Below are positions 1 to 10,992 of a stretch of DNA of 64,000 nt, in pieces. Position numbers and translations under genes: made by a program. Each line of letters starts with the position of its first letter. Position 1 is the first letter of the stretch. This DNA comes from Torpedo marmorata (Eukaryota). A model generated the notes under the pieces. It was given only the letters and a program-made list of their open reading frames with translations. It was not told the DNA's origin and searched no databases. The stretch is from NCBI GenBank assembly GCA_977017645.1, contig OZ360223.1, positions 126,914,001 through 126,978,000 on the forward strand. The letters run 5' to 3'.

Positions 1-171
1 ACACTGGGCAATTATAGTCATGGATAATGCTCACAGCAAAGATACTGAACACATCAGGGATCTATTTAAAGAGGAAGCACATCTGAATGAGTGGGTCCCA
101 GCCCATGAAAGGAAGAGGCTCTACCTTTCTAGGTGAAAGTTTCACAGCATGTGATACAATTTCTGGAGCAA

Positions 172-357
172 TACACAAAATGCTGGAGGAACTCAGCGAT
201 TCAGGCAACCAATGGAAGCATTAGATTATCAAAATTTTGGGCTAAACACCCTTCATGAGATGTTGACTGTCTATTGCCTTCCACAGATGCTGCCTGATCT
301 GCTGAGTTCCTTCAGCATTTAGTCTGTTGTTCCAGTTTTCCAGTATCTGTAGTCTCT
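172..357. mobile_element. Penelope-LTR-derived fold-back mini-element
   Basis: Arms aaatgctggaggaactcagc ... gctgagttccttcagcattt are inverted copies; central degenerate hammerhead-like motif; same family recurs at ~1696, 32510 and 60340. Confidence 0.65.
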
Positions 358-394
358 ATCGTTTACATGCAATATCTGTCTTTGTTTGTGCCGT

Positions 395-690
395 AGAAGG
401 AGGCATCTTTGGCCCATTGAATCCATATTGGCAATCCCATTCCCCCTCAAATATCCCCTGTACCATATTCTCCCCGTATTCCCATCAACTCCCCCAGAGT
501 AATTTACACCGATCAATTAACCCACCAATCCGCACAGCTGTCGGATGTTGGAGGAAACTAGAGCACCCGGAGGAAACCCATGCGGTAACGGGGAGAACAT
601 GCAAACTCCACACAGACAGCACTAGGGGTCATGATTCAACCTGGGCCACTGGAGCTGAGAGGCAGTGGCTCTATTAAAGGTGCCACCCAC
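395..690 (-). mobile_element. tRNA-derived SINE (HE1/V-SINE-like), decayed
   Basis: Conserved core ggaggaaactagagcacccggaggaaacccatgcgg...ggggagaacatgcaaactccacacagacagc shared with other copies in the window. Confidence 0.7.
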
Positions 691-794
691 AAACAGGATT
701 TTGAGTTGTACATCAACAAAAAAAAATCAAAGTTTACTAATTAGCTGATGCCAATTTGGGCTGAAAGCCTTTGATGATGGGGAGACGAGGCCTT

Positions 795-1205
795 AGAATC
801 ATAGTCATAGAGCCATGCAGCACGGAACAGGCCTTTCGGCCCAACTCGTCCATGCCGACCAAGTTGGGATTCAGATGCAGACTACCTTCTCAGGAAAAAT
901 TTGCCCCTCAGATCCTTCTTAAATCTTTCCCCTCTCACCGTGAACCTGTGCCCTCTAGATCTAGAGCCATCCATTCTGGGAGAAAAAAAATGTGAGCATT
1001 CACTTTATTCATTCCTACTGTGATTTTATAAACCTCCATAAGGTCACCCCTTAGCCTCCTGTGCTTCAAGAGATAAAGACCCAGCCTATCCGACTTTTCC
1101 CTGTAACTTAAGCCCTCCAGTCCTGGCAACATCCTGGTGAATCTCCTCTGTACCCCTTCCAGTTTAATGACATCTTTCCCGTGTGACCAGAACTCCAAGT
1201 GTGGA
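795..1205 (-). mobile_element. CR1-clade LINE 3' fragment
   Basis: ORF 935-1252 contains LEGVQRRFTRMLPGLEGLSYREK..RRLRGDLMEVYKI (CR1 ORF2 C-terminus), followed by the CR1 tail. Confidence 0.85.
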
Positions 1206-1912
1206 GCATCCCAGCATGTGTGAATATATAGGAGAGCCGTTGGTTCAAACACAATGAAGATAAAGACAAAAATCCAAGAAGAGAAGAAAAACTTCCATTT
1301 GGGGAAGCAGAGACTTTAATAGAAGAAAACTTTGTGGAAAGTTAGCACTGGACAACTGGGAAATTCATTGTTGGTTATGAGATGGCACCACTCACTCGGT
1401 CTCTCTTATTCACTCACTCGCTGTTCCGTCATGCGCCCAGAATATTTCATTTTTACATTTACATCCACTTCTCATTTTACCTTAACCTATTATTGCATAA
1501 CCTGCTGGACCAAGGGTTGACTTGCCTGGATAGCATGCAAAACAAAGTTTTTCAGTGTATCTCAGTGCACATGACAATAAATAATTCAATTCAATTCGAG
1601 TCTGCTATTCAGTCCTTCAAGCTGTGGAGTGCAGATCATTATGAGAGTTTTTTGTCATATACATAAATACAATGTACTGTTGCACTGAAATTCTTGGGGG
1701 CACACGAGAGACTGCAGATGCTGGAATCTGGAGCAAAAAACAAGCTGCTGGAATCTGGAGCAAAAAACAAGCTGCTGGAGGAACTCAGCAGGTCAAGCAA
1801 CATCAGTGGAAGAAACAGAATGGTCAACATTTCGGGACAAGTCTTGATGAAGAGTGCAGCACACAAAAGTGCTGGACTCAGCAGGTCACGTAGCGTCCAT
1901 AGGAAGTAAAAG

Positions 1913-1952
1913 GCAGTCGACGTTTCGGGCCTGCGCCCTTCTTCAGGAGTGC
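1913..1952 (-). ncRNA. Minimal type I hammerhead ribozyme (Penelope-type)
   Basis: Minus strand gcactc-CTGAAGA-a-gggc-gcag-gccc-GAAA-CG-TC-gactgc: intact core, 4-bp stem II, stem I 5/6 paired, palindromic ACGT stem III. Confidence 0.7.
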
Positions 1953-2084
1953 TGAAAATCAGGCAGATGCCTGAATAAAAAGGTGGAGGAAGGGGGAGGA
2001 GCAGAGACTAGCAGGTAAGAGGTAATAAGTGGATACAGGAAGGAGGGTAGATGAGAAAGAAGTTGAGAAGTGATGGGGGAAGGG

Positions 2085-2328
2085 TGTGGTGGAACGAGGT
2101 ACTGCGGGTATGTCCGGGCATGTCCGGACATGTCCTCACTGGCTCACCGGGCTAACCTGTAGCCGCTCCCCATTACATCCCCTAATGAAGGCTGAGAGCC
2201 CTCGTCTCCTCCCCTATACCTGCCTTGGAAGTGAGCCAGCAGCATGTAGAGGCATGCTCAAACTTTCTGATCAATAAAGCCTTTGATCACTTTCTTCGTG
2301 TCTGTGAGTGGTCATTGATCGCGCCACA
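2085..2328 (+). repeat. 5' LTR (244 bp)
   Basis: Starts TGTGG, ends CCACA, contains AATAAA at 2273-2278, lies 27 bp upstream of the gag ATG. Confidence 0.85.
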
Positions 2329-2354
2329 ATTTATTGATCAGAATTTTAAGTGCC

Positions 2355-5300
2355 ATGGAGAAGGCAATTAGACTGGAGAAGCTGGAAACCGACCCCAAGG
2401 AACCAGAGGCCTCCGTAAAGTTCGATATGTGGCTACACTGCTTGAAGGCCTATCTAAGACGCCACGATATCACAACCGATCCTGATAAGTACGATCTGCT
2501 CTTCACAGCGGTGGGCCACAAAGCGTACCAAATTATCCGAGACTGCACCGAATATGAAGAGGCAATGGCTCTACTTCGACAACAATATGGAGCCCCGGCG
2601 AACGCCATGTATGCACGCTTCCAGCTGGGCTCCCGACGCGAGGGTCCTGGTGAGTCAGTAGACAAGTACGTGAGAGCCATGCGGGAGCTGGGACGAGCCT
2701 GCGGGTGTCAGGACGTAAGCGCGGCGCTCTACCAAGAGGAGCTCATCCGCGATGGGCTCATCTTGGGCTTCCGCTCCCAACACGTAAGAGAGCGACTCCT
2801 GGAGGAAGGAGATCGGTCCCTCCAGGTAGTGGTGCAGATGGCCTGAGCGAAGGAGACGGCCCAAAAGAACGCGGAGGCCTACTCAGCGGGCCACGCGGCC
2901 ACCAGGTGGGGAGAACGGGCGGCGCCATCTTGGGATTCGGGGCCCCTGACTGCAGCGGCCACCGCTGTCACCGCGAGGTGAAACTACTGCGGCCAAAGTA
3001 GACACCCGCGGAAGTACTGTCCGGCCCGTAGTGCAACCTGCTCAAACTGCCGGAGGAAGGGACATTATGCCAGGGTTTGTCGCTCCAAGCCCCACTCCAG
3101 CAGTGGCGCGTGCGGACCGCGACTCTCCTCGCCATCTTGGACTCACCCACTTCCGCCGTCATTTCCGGCTGCCGAAAACCAAGCTTCCGGTACAGGGGCG
3201 CAACAAAAGGGACTGACGTCACTTCCTGCTTCTTCTCCGGACTCGACCGCGTGCGATCCATGGGGGCGGCCATCTTCACGACCTCCCGGGTGGCCATCTT
3301 GGCGGCAGCCGCCCCAAAACAGCAGCAGCGACTCAGACAGTGAGCTGACGCTGGCGTCCATCGTGCTGGACCAAGGGAGACCACACCAGCTGGGGCGATC
3401 GATGATGGACGTTGAAGTAAACGGTCACTCCACTGGCTGCCTGTTCGACACAGGAAGCACTGAGAGCTTCATACACCTGGGCACTGCCGAGCGTTATTTC
3501 TTGACCGTGTCCCCAGCCAAGGGAAAGGTAGCACTAGCCTCCAAATCCCTCTCCGCGGAAATCCGTGGAAGCTGCACCGTGACCCTAACTGTGGGGGGCA
3601 CCAATTATAAGAATTTTAAACTGCTGGTAATGCCCCACCTCTGCGCACCCGTCATATTGGGGCTAGATTTCCAGTGACAGTTCAAAGAGGTGCTGATGCA
3701 GTTTGATGGGCCCCACCCCCCACTTACCGTCACTAATAACCAGGACCGGGAGGCCCCGCCCATTCCCCAGAGGAGGCCCAATCACTCGATTGAAAGCCGG
3801 GCTGGGTACCCGACCTGCGGACTAACCACCCTCCGGGTCCCTCCGCCCCCGCTGTTCCAAAACCTCACCCCGGACTGTAAACCCATTGCTACTAAGAGCA
3901 GGCGATACAGCCCCGGGGACATAAAATTCATTAAAACGGAGGTGGAGCGGCTGCGGGAGGAGGGCATTATAGAGCCAAGCAATAGTCCCTGGAGGGCGCA
4001 AGTGGTGGTGGTGAAGAGTGGGGAGAAACATCGGATGGTAATTGACTACAGTCAGACCATCAATCGGTTCACCTTACTGGATGCTTACCCTTTGCCCCGC
4101 ATATCGGAGATGGTAAATGAGATCGCCAAGTACAGGGTCTTTTCGACCATAGACCTAAAAGCGGCGTACCACCAAATCCCGATTCGCCCAAAAGACCAGC
4201 TGTACACGGCATTTGAAGCCAACGGCCGACTCTACCATTTCCTGCGAGTCCCATTCAGTCTCACGAATGGGGTGTCAGTGTTCCAAAGGGAAATGGACCG
4301 CATGGTGGATGACAATAAGCTGAAGGCTACGTTTCCATACTTGGACAATGTCACCATCTGCGGCCATGGCCAAAAGGAGCACGACGAGAACCTGCAGAGG
4401 TTCCTGGCCATTGCAAAGATACTCAACCTCACGTATAATGAGAAAAAGTGTGTCTTTAGCACCAAAAGGCTGGCAATCCTGGGGTACATGGTGGAGCATG
4501 GGGCTATCGCCCCCGACCCCGAGCATATGCGCCCCCTACTGGAATTACCCTTGCCACAGAACCCCAAGGCTTTAAAAAGGTGCCTGGGGCTCTTCTCCTA
4601 TTATGCCCAGTGGATCCCTAACTATATGGACAAGGCCCAACCTCTAGTGAGAACCACGACTTTTCCCCCGTCGGCGGAGGCCCGTAAGGCTTTCGAGGGC
4701 ATCAGAGGCAAGATTGCCAAGGCGGGAATGCACGCCATTGATGAATCCGTCTCTTTCCAAGTGGAAAGTGATGCCTCTGACTTCGCCCTGGCCGCCACGC
4801 TGAACCAAGCAGGCAGGCCAGTCGCATTTTTTTCCCGTACCCTCCAAGGCTCTGAACGCAGGCACTCCGCTATCGAGAAGGAGGCACAGGCTATAGTGGA
4901 GGCAGTGCACCACTGGAGGCACTACTTGGCCGGCAGACCATTCACTCTGCTGACGGACCAGAGAGCAGTCGCGTTCATGTTTAACAATAAACAGCGGGGT
5001 AAGATCAAAAATGACAAAATCATGAGGTGGAGAATTGAGCTGTCCACCTACAATTATGAAATATGGTACTGGCCGGGTAAGCTCAATGAGCCACCCGATG
5101 CCCTATCCAGGGGAACCTGCGCCAGGGTGCAAGTTGATCGCCTCCAGGCCCTCCACGATAGCCTCTGCCATCCCGGGGTCACTGGGCTCTACCATTTTGT
5201 GAGAGCCCGGAACCTTCCCTACTCAGTGGAGGAAGTAAGGGAGCTGACTCGCAATTGCCAGGTCTGTGCCGAATACAAGCCTCAATTTTATAGACCGGAT

Positions 5301-6134
5301 AGAGCCCAACTATTCAAAGCTACTCGTCGTTTTGAACGTCTCAGCATTGACTTCAAGGGGCCCCTCCCGTCCACGAATCTGAACTCCTACTTCCTGAACA
5401 TCGTGGACGAGTACTCACGTTTCCCATTCGCCATACCCTGCCCGGATATGACCACATCCACAGTCATTAAAGCACTCCGCTCAGTATTCACTCTATTCGG
5501 ATACCCTAGTTACGTTCATAGTGACCGGGGATCTGCTTTTATGAGTGAGGAGTTGCGGCAATACTTCCTTTCAAGCGGCATAGCTACAAGCAGAACCACC
5601 AGCTACAACCCCCGCGGGAACGGGCAGGTGGAAAGGGAGAATGGTACGATCTGGAGGGCAGTCCTTTTGGCCCTCAAGTCGAAAGGGATGCCCGTATCGC
5701 AGTGGCAAGAGGTCCTCCCAGATGCGCTGCATGCTACTAGATCCCTACACTGCACGGCCACCAATGCTACACCCCACGAAAAATTGTTCTCCTTCCCTAG
5801 GAGATCGGCGTCGGGAACCACGCTGCCAGTCTGGCTGACGACCCCAGGGCCGGTGCTTCTTCAGAAGCACGTTAGGACTCATAAGGCGGACCTGCATGCC
5901 AACCCCCAGTATGCGCTGGTAAGGTACCCGGACGGACCGTACGATACAGTGTCCATCCGGGATCTGGCGCGAGCTGGGGCCCCGGCACGGGAGGTGCACC
6001 CGATATCCCCAGGCAGCAACCAGTCGGCCCCAGGGATCACCCTGACAAATGAAAGGGGGATTCCACCCCCAAGACGGCCCACCGATTGTTCCCCTTCACT
6101 TGTGTGTCCCAATAAATTGTGGCGCGATCAATGA
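2355..6134 (+). pseudogene. Gypsy gag-pol polyprotein in one frame with three premature stops (2844, 2979, 3675)
   Basis: Gag with zinc knuckle CSNCRRKGHYARVC, protease LFDTGS, RT YLDN, RNase H ESDASD, integrase HHCC plus D-D-E (IDFKGP, HSDRG, QVERENG); ORFs 2334, 3363 and 3690 share one frame. Confidence 0.93.
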
Positions 6135-6227
6135 ACACTCACAGACACGAAGAAAGTGATCAAAGGCTAGCCCGGTGAGCCAGTGAGGACATGCCTGGAC
6201 ATACCCACAGTACCGCGTTCCACCACA
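6110..6227 (-). repeat. Inverted, internally deleted copy of the LTR
   Basis: Reverse complement equals 2085-~2154 (lacking one 10-bp tandem unit) joined to ~2279-2336, with about 4 substitutions. Confidence 0.92.
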
Positions 6228-7130
6228 AAGGGGCAGAGGGCTAAGAAGGGAAAAGGGGTGGGGAGCTGGAGGAAGGGAGTCAGGGGGTGAAGGAAAGAGA
6301 GAGACAAGGGGAGGGGGTTAACATAAATTTGAGAAGTCAACATTTATGCCGTCTAATTGGAGAGTGCCCAGATACAAAATATAAGATGTTGTTCCTTCAA
6401 TTTGCATGTGGCATTTTGGTGAAGGTTTCCAGCCCGAAACCTCTTCTCCCACTGATGCTGCTCAACCCGCTGAGTTCCTCCAGGAGATTGTTTTTTTGCA
6501 CTGAAATTCTTACTTGCTAAACCACGCAGCTACATAAGATACACCAACTACGATTGTATAAATTCAATTACCACAACGCATCATGAGATGGAAAAAGGGA
6601 TAATAAGTATAAAAGGATAGATAAATAAATATTCACAGTTGCAGTTAGAGTTTCCATGTGTTAAAAACAATCGCCTTCTTCTGGTTCTTTTGCCTTTTAT
6701 TAAAATTCAAATCCCTTAGATTATTTTGATTGTCGAAATGAAAGCACTACATCGTGAGCTGAAGGGCCTGTACTGTGCTGGAATGTTCTTTGTATAATGA
6801 TAGAATTATGTAGTGTAACATTTCAGCTGTTATTTTTAGGAGACACATCCAATTCACACAGATGTGATGGAAGGATCGTTCCCAGCTGTAATGTACAATT
6901 TTTCCCAAAGTATTAGGTTACAAAATGGAAGAAATGCTTCCTCATTAGTTTTATAAGGGACTGATGCAGCTATATAAACAGTGGACAAGATTCACAATGT
7001 TTCATTCTCGGAGAATAGATCTTGGGTCCTTATTCCCTGATAGTTTGTGCAACTCTCTGCAGTTTTTTGCTGCTTTATCCCAAGCAGTTCCTGTACCAAG
7101 GTGTGATGCATCCATACAGGATACTTTCCA

Positions 7131-7969
7131 TGCAAACAACAACCTTGCACTCAATGTCACCAAAACTAAGGAGCTGATTGTTGACTTCAGGAAATGAAAG
7201 CCAGAGGTATACAATCCAGTGATCATTGGGGGATCAGAGGTGGAGAGGGTGAGCAAATTTAAGTTCTTGGGAGTCACTATCTCGGAGGATCTGTCCTGGA
7301 CCCAACACACCAATGGCATCGTGAAGAAAGCACATCAGCGCCTCTACTTCCTCAGGAGTTTGTGGAGGTTTGATATGACACCAGAAACCCTGGCAAATTT
7401 CTACAGATGTGTGGTGGAAAGTGTGCTGACCGGCTGCATCACGGTCTGGTATGGGAACACCAATACCCATGAGCGTAAAGTCCTCCAAAAGATAGTGGAC
7501 ACAGCCCAGGACATCACAGGCAAAACCCTCCCTACTTTTGAGTACATCTACAGGGAACGCTGCCGTCAGAGCAGCAGCAATCATCAAAGACCCACACCAC
7601 CCAACACACGCTCTGTTCTCGCTGCTATCAGGAAAGAGGTATCTGTGCCACAAGACTCGCACCACCAGGTTCAGGAACAGCTGCTACCCCTCCACCATCT
7701 CACTCCTCAACGACAAACTCAGAGACTCATTTAAGGACTCTTACTTGTGCACTTTATTGATTTTCTTTTTTATTCTCTCTGTATTGCACAGTCAGTTTGT
7801 TTACATTCGTTATCTGTTTACAGTTCTTTATTTGTTTACATGTTTTACGCTGTGTACAGTTTTTTTTTGCACTACCAGTTAGTGGTAATTCTGCCGCGCC
7901 CGCAGGAAAAAGAATCTCAGGGTTGTATGTGATGTCATGTATGTACTCTGACAATAAATCTGAAATCTG
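7131..7969 (+). mobile_element. Rex1/Babar-type LINE, 5'-truncated
   Basis: NNLALNVTKTKELIVDFRK, FKFLGVTISEDLSW, KKAHQRLYFLR motifs; tail gacaataaatctgaaatctg. Confidence 0.85.
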
Positions 7970-8400
7970 GTGCATCTTTAAAAGTTGGTAAGAGATTTTG
8001 GGCACATGCCAAATTTCTTCTGATTTCTGAGAAAATAGAGTTGGCCGACATGGACGATTTGGGCTGAAGGGCCTTTTTGCCATGATGACTGGCTCCATGA
8101 ATCTATGCTACGGAGGTGAGAGAAGATTGTCTATGAGTGCTACAGTCTCCTGGGTAATGCCTATCTTTTCCTCAACGGTGGTTGGGAATTGAAGGTGAGC
8201 AATGGTGGTGGAGGGGTCACCAGACAATGAGCAGAGGAAACAAACTTGGCTGAATAACCCCTGGCAGAGTCGTTCAAAGCTTTATTTTGGTGCACCTACA
8301 CCAGCTGGGGAGGGAACTGAGCACTCGCCTGGTCTGTGAACCTCCAGGGGAACCCTTCACCCTTATTGCTTTAAGCAACTTCTTTTCCCTACTTACACAG

Positions 8401-8537
8401 TTGGCCACGGGCACAGTGAAGGCAAGCGCTTGAATGTGCCTAACTTCAGAGTATTTGTTCGAGACTGCCAGCAACACATCAATTTGATCAGGAATCGCTA
8501 CCCAAACCTGCCTCTTTTCTTTTTGGCAGAAGGCTTG
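8401..8537 (+). CDS. MGLL: Monoglyceride lipase-like paralog A, internal exon (137 nt) ending at the nucleophile elbow
   Basis: acag| ... |gtaagt; translates (V)GHGHSEGKRLNVPNFRVFVRDCQQHINLIRNRYPNLPLFFLAEGL, aligning with MGLL [22 protein letters not shown]...YPGLPVFLLGHSM. Confidence 0.93.
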
Positions 8538-9094
8538 GTAAGTGATCCATTGGAACATAACCCTAAAGAATATGATCTTCAAGATTAGTCATGTATTGCA
8601 AATATATAAGTCTATTTGTCTCAATTATACCTGGTACAGGGAGAAAGGTTCCTCTGTGAGCAGTTTAACAGATTATCTCTAACATTCATACAGTCAATTT
8701 AAGTAGAAGGGCAAGAGTTCAATTGTAGAGTGTAGAGTTAAATTTATTTGTCACAAATACCTAGTACAGTGAGAAGGGTTCTTCTGCGAGCAGACTAACA
8801 GATTATCTCCAACATTTATACAGCCATGTAAAGAGCACAATTTATAGAGCATAGGATTGCAATGAAAAGGAAGATCAATTAGCACCAAGCAAGGGCAGCA
8901 CGAGAGCACTGTTGTGGGGTTCATTCAGGAGCCTGACGGCTGCAGGGAAGAAACTGCCATTAAGTCTGTTGGTGCGCTAACAGTGCCACTCTTGTTCTTC
9001 TACTTTATATGGTGGTATGAATGTTAGAAATAACCTGTTGGACTGCTCACAGAAGAACCCTCCGCACTGTACCTGATAAAGTATCAAATAAATT

Positions 9095-9261
9095 TGCAGT
9101 GGAGGATAGTTTGGAAATGGGAAGTGAGATTTCCCATTGCAATCAGAGTGTAGGTGTTCTGTGAACTGGCCACTTCGTCTGAGCTTGGTCTCGCCAGTGT
9201 AGAGGTCACATCGGCTGCACTAAACCCGTGGTTGGAGGGGCTGCACCTGAAACCTTGCCTT
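9095..9261 (-). mobile_element. Penelope-like element fragment (GIY-YIG region)
   Basis: Minus strand gives degenerate CSRC.LYTGETKLRRSGQFTEH, typical of the PLE endonuclease. Confidence 0.6.
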
Positions 9262-9454
9262 ACTTCACTCTGCTTCCATCGGGAAAAAGGTACAGGAGCC
9301 TAAAGACGAGCACTCAACGGCACAAGGACAGCTTCTTCCCCGCTGCCATCAGATTCCTGAATAATCAATGAACCAAAGACACTGCCTTACTTTTCGTGCT
9401 CTATTGTTTATAATTTTTTTATAGTAATGTCGTAAGATGGTTAATATTAATGTT
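9262..9454 (+). mobile_element. Rex1/Babar LINE 3' end (continues at 13793-13893 after an L1 insertion)
   Basis: [35 protein letters not shown], nearly identical to the 3' end of the 29046-30547 copy; ttctga-repeat tail at ~13865-13893. Confidence 0.85.
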
Positions 9455-10992
9455 TTTTAAAAAATATTTTATTTAAAATTTTAAATCACACAATACATAA
9501 TATAAAAAGCAAAATTATCAAAATACATGTGATACATTTCCCCCCCTCCCTCCCCTCCCCAACCCTCCCAATCCCACTAATCTAATAAAAATATAAAATA
9601 AAATAAAAATAGAAAAGTAAAAATAGAAAAGGAGAAAAAGAAAGAAAAAGAGAAACAAAGTTAGGGGAATGCCAATTTCTAAACTACTTCTATTATGGAG
9701 GTCAGGTATGCCAGTAGACTCAATACCCAGAGATCCTCAAATTCTTAAACCAACAGCTCTCATATATGGGCTCCAAATTTTTAAGAAAAAATGATATTTA
9801 TTACGTAAATTATAAGTAATTTTTTCAAGTGGTATACATGAACGAAGTTCTGCATGCCATCTTTCTAATCCTAGATCTAAATCAGATTTCCAAGTAATAG
9901 CAATGCATTTCTTTGAAACAGCTAAAGCAATTCGCAAAAATTCTATTTGATACATGTTTAATTTCATCTTAATACTAAATTTTCTAATATCTCCGAACAA
10001 AAATATCATAGGATCCATTGGAAACGTAATTTTAAATACTTTATCTAAAAAACTTTTAACTTTCAACCAAAACTCATAAACTTTTGGACAAAACCATGTA
10101 GAATGTACAAAAGATCCTTCTTCTTTATTACATCCTAAAACATAAACCTGATAGTTTCGGATTAAATTTCTTTAATTTTTTAGGTGTTAAATATAATTGA
10201 TGAAAAAAATTATATTGAACTAATCTATATCTAACATTAATAATCTTTGTCATACTTAATTTAGATAATTCTTTCCAATGGTTTTCATCTATTCTTACAT
10301 TCAAATCCAATTCCCATTTTAATCTTGATTTATGCAATCCTACTTTAGGCATTTTCCTCTGAAACAATTTATACATTTGAGAAATAAATTTATTAACATC
10401 CCCATTAGTAACTAATAATTCTAATTCATCTTGTCTTGGCAAAATAAAAGCGTAACCTAATTTCTCAATCAAAAAAGCTCTAATTTGATAATAAGCAAAA
10501 AGTGTATTATCTAATATATTAAATTTATCTTTCATTCTTTGAAAAGTAATAAATTTTCCCGCTTCAAAACAATCATTACTTTTCTTAATTCCTTTTTGAA
10601 ACCAAATTTTAAATAATTGATTATTAACAGTAAATGGAATAAGTCCATTTTGATATAAAGGCATTCTTGAAGAAATCAATCCTTTTGCTCCTATTTCCTT
10701 ATCTGTCTTATACCATATTTCTAACAAATGTTTAAAAATAGGCGAATTTTTCTTTTTTGTTAATATTAATTTAGAATCCCATTTGTAAATACCGGTAATT
10801 TCTTCTTTGGAATCTTCTCCTATATTATTTAATTCTATTTTAATCCAAGCAGAAGATTTAGTTACCGTATATTTCGGCGTATAAGTCGACCCTTGAAACC
10901 CTCAAAAATGTCTCAAAAAACGGGGGTCGACTTATACGCCGGATATACTTTTGAGACCTTAAAATCAGCTCAAAATCGAGTTCACGCCGATC

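Larger units (their letters stand above)
2085..6227 (+). mobile_element. Gypsy/Ty3 LTR retrotransposon with inverted terminal LTR copies
   Basis: TGTGG...CCACA termini; 5-bp TSD AAGGG (2080-2084, 6228-6232); gag-PR-RT-RH-IN domain order; 6110-6227 is the reverse complement of the left LTR ends. Confidence 0.92.
1696..6495. mobile_element. Composite Penelope-derived element (arms ~1696-2084 and ~6228-6495) interrupted by a Gypsy
   Basis: 16-bp direct repeat ttgcactgaaattctt at 1680-1695 and 6496-6511; minus strand of ~6325-6415 encodes a degenerate Penelope GIY-YIG C-terminus (KLKEQHLIF..LGTLQLDGINVDFSNL). Confidence 0.7.

Noticed and set aside
20-136. Short ATG-initiated frame (MDNAHSKDTEH...) as a possible upstream exon of paralog A
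   Set aside because: No similarity to the MGLL N-terminus and only a weak donor. I found no upstream MGLL exons in 1-8400, so they probably lie outside the window.
1718-1775. 27-bp tandem duplication producing repeated peptides in short ORFs
   Set aside because: Local slippage inside a Penelope-derived repeat, not a coding gene.
2920-3305. Four GCCATCTT (YY1-like) motifs in gag
   Set aside because: They coincide with repeated PSW/PSS codons in a low-complexity linker, so a regulatory role cannot be separated from coding repetition.
2450-6112. Many overlapping antisense and alternative-frame ORFs inside the Gypsy
   Set aside because: Expected shadow ORFs of GC-rich coding sequence with no recognisable domains; no env- or recombinase-like ORF.
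6840-6920. AG-bounded segment that could be the missing HGAGEH-containing MGLL exon
   Set aside because: No frame resembles MGLL.
8600-9095. Duplicated segments also seen near 40935-41215 and 60190-60300
   Set aside because: Decayed LINE 3' tails of a common family, not a segmental duplication or regulatory array.
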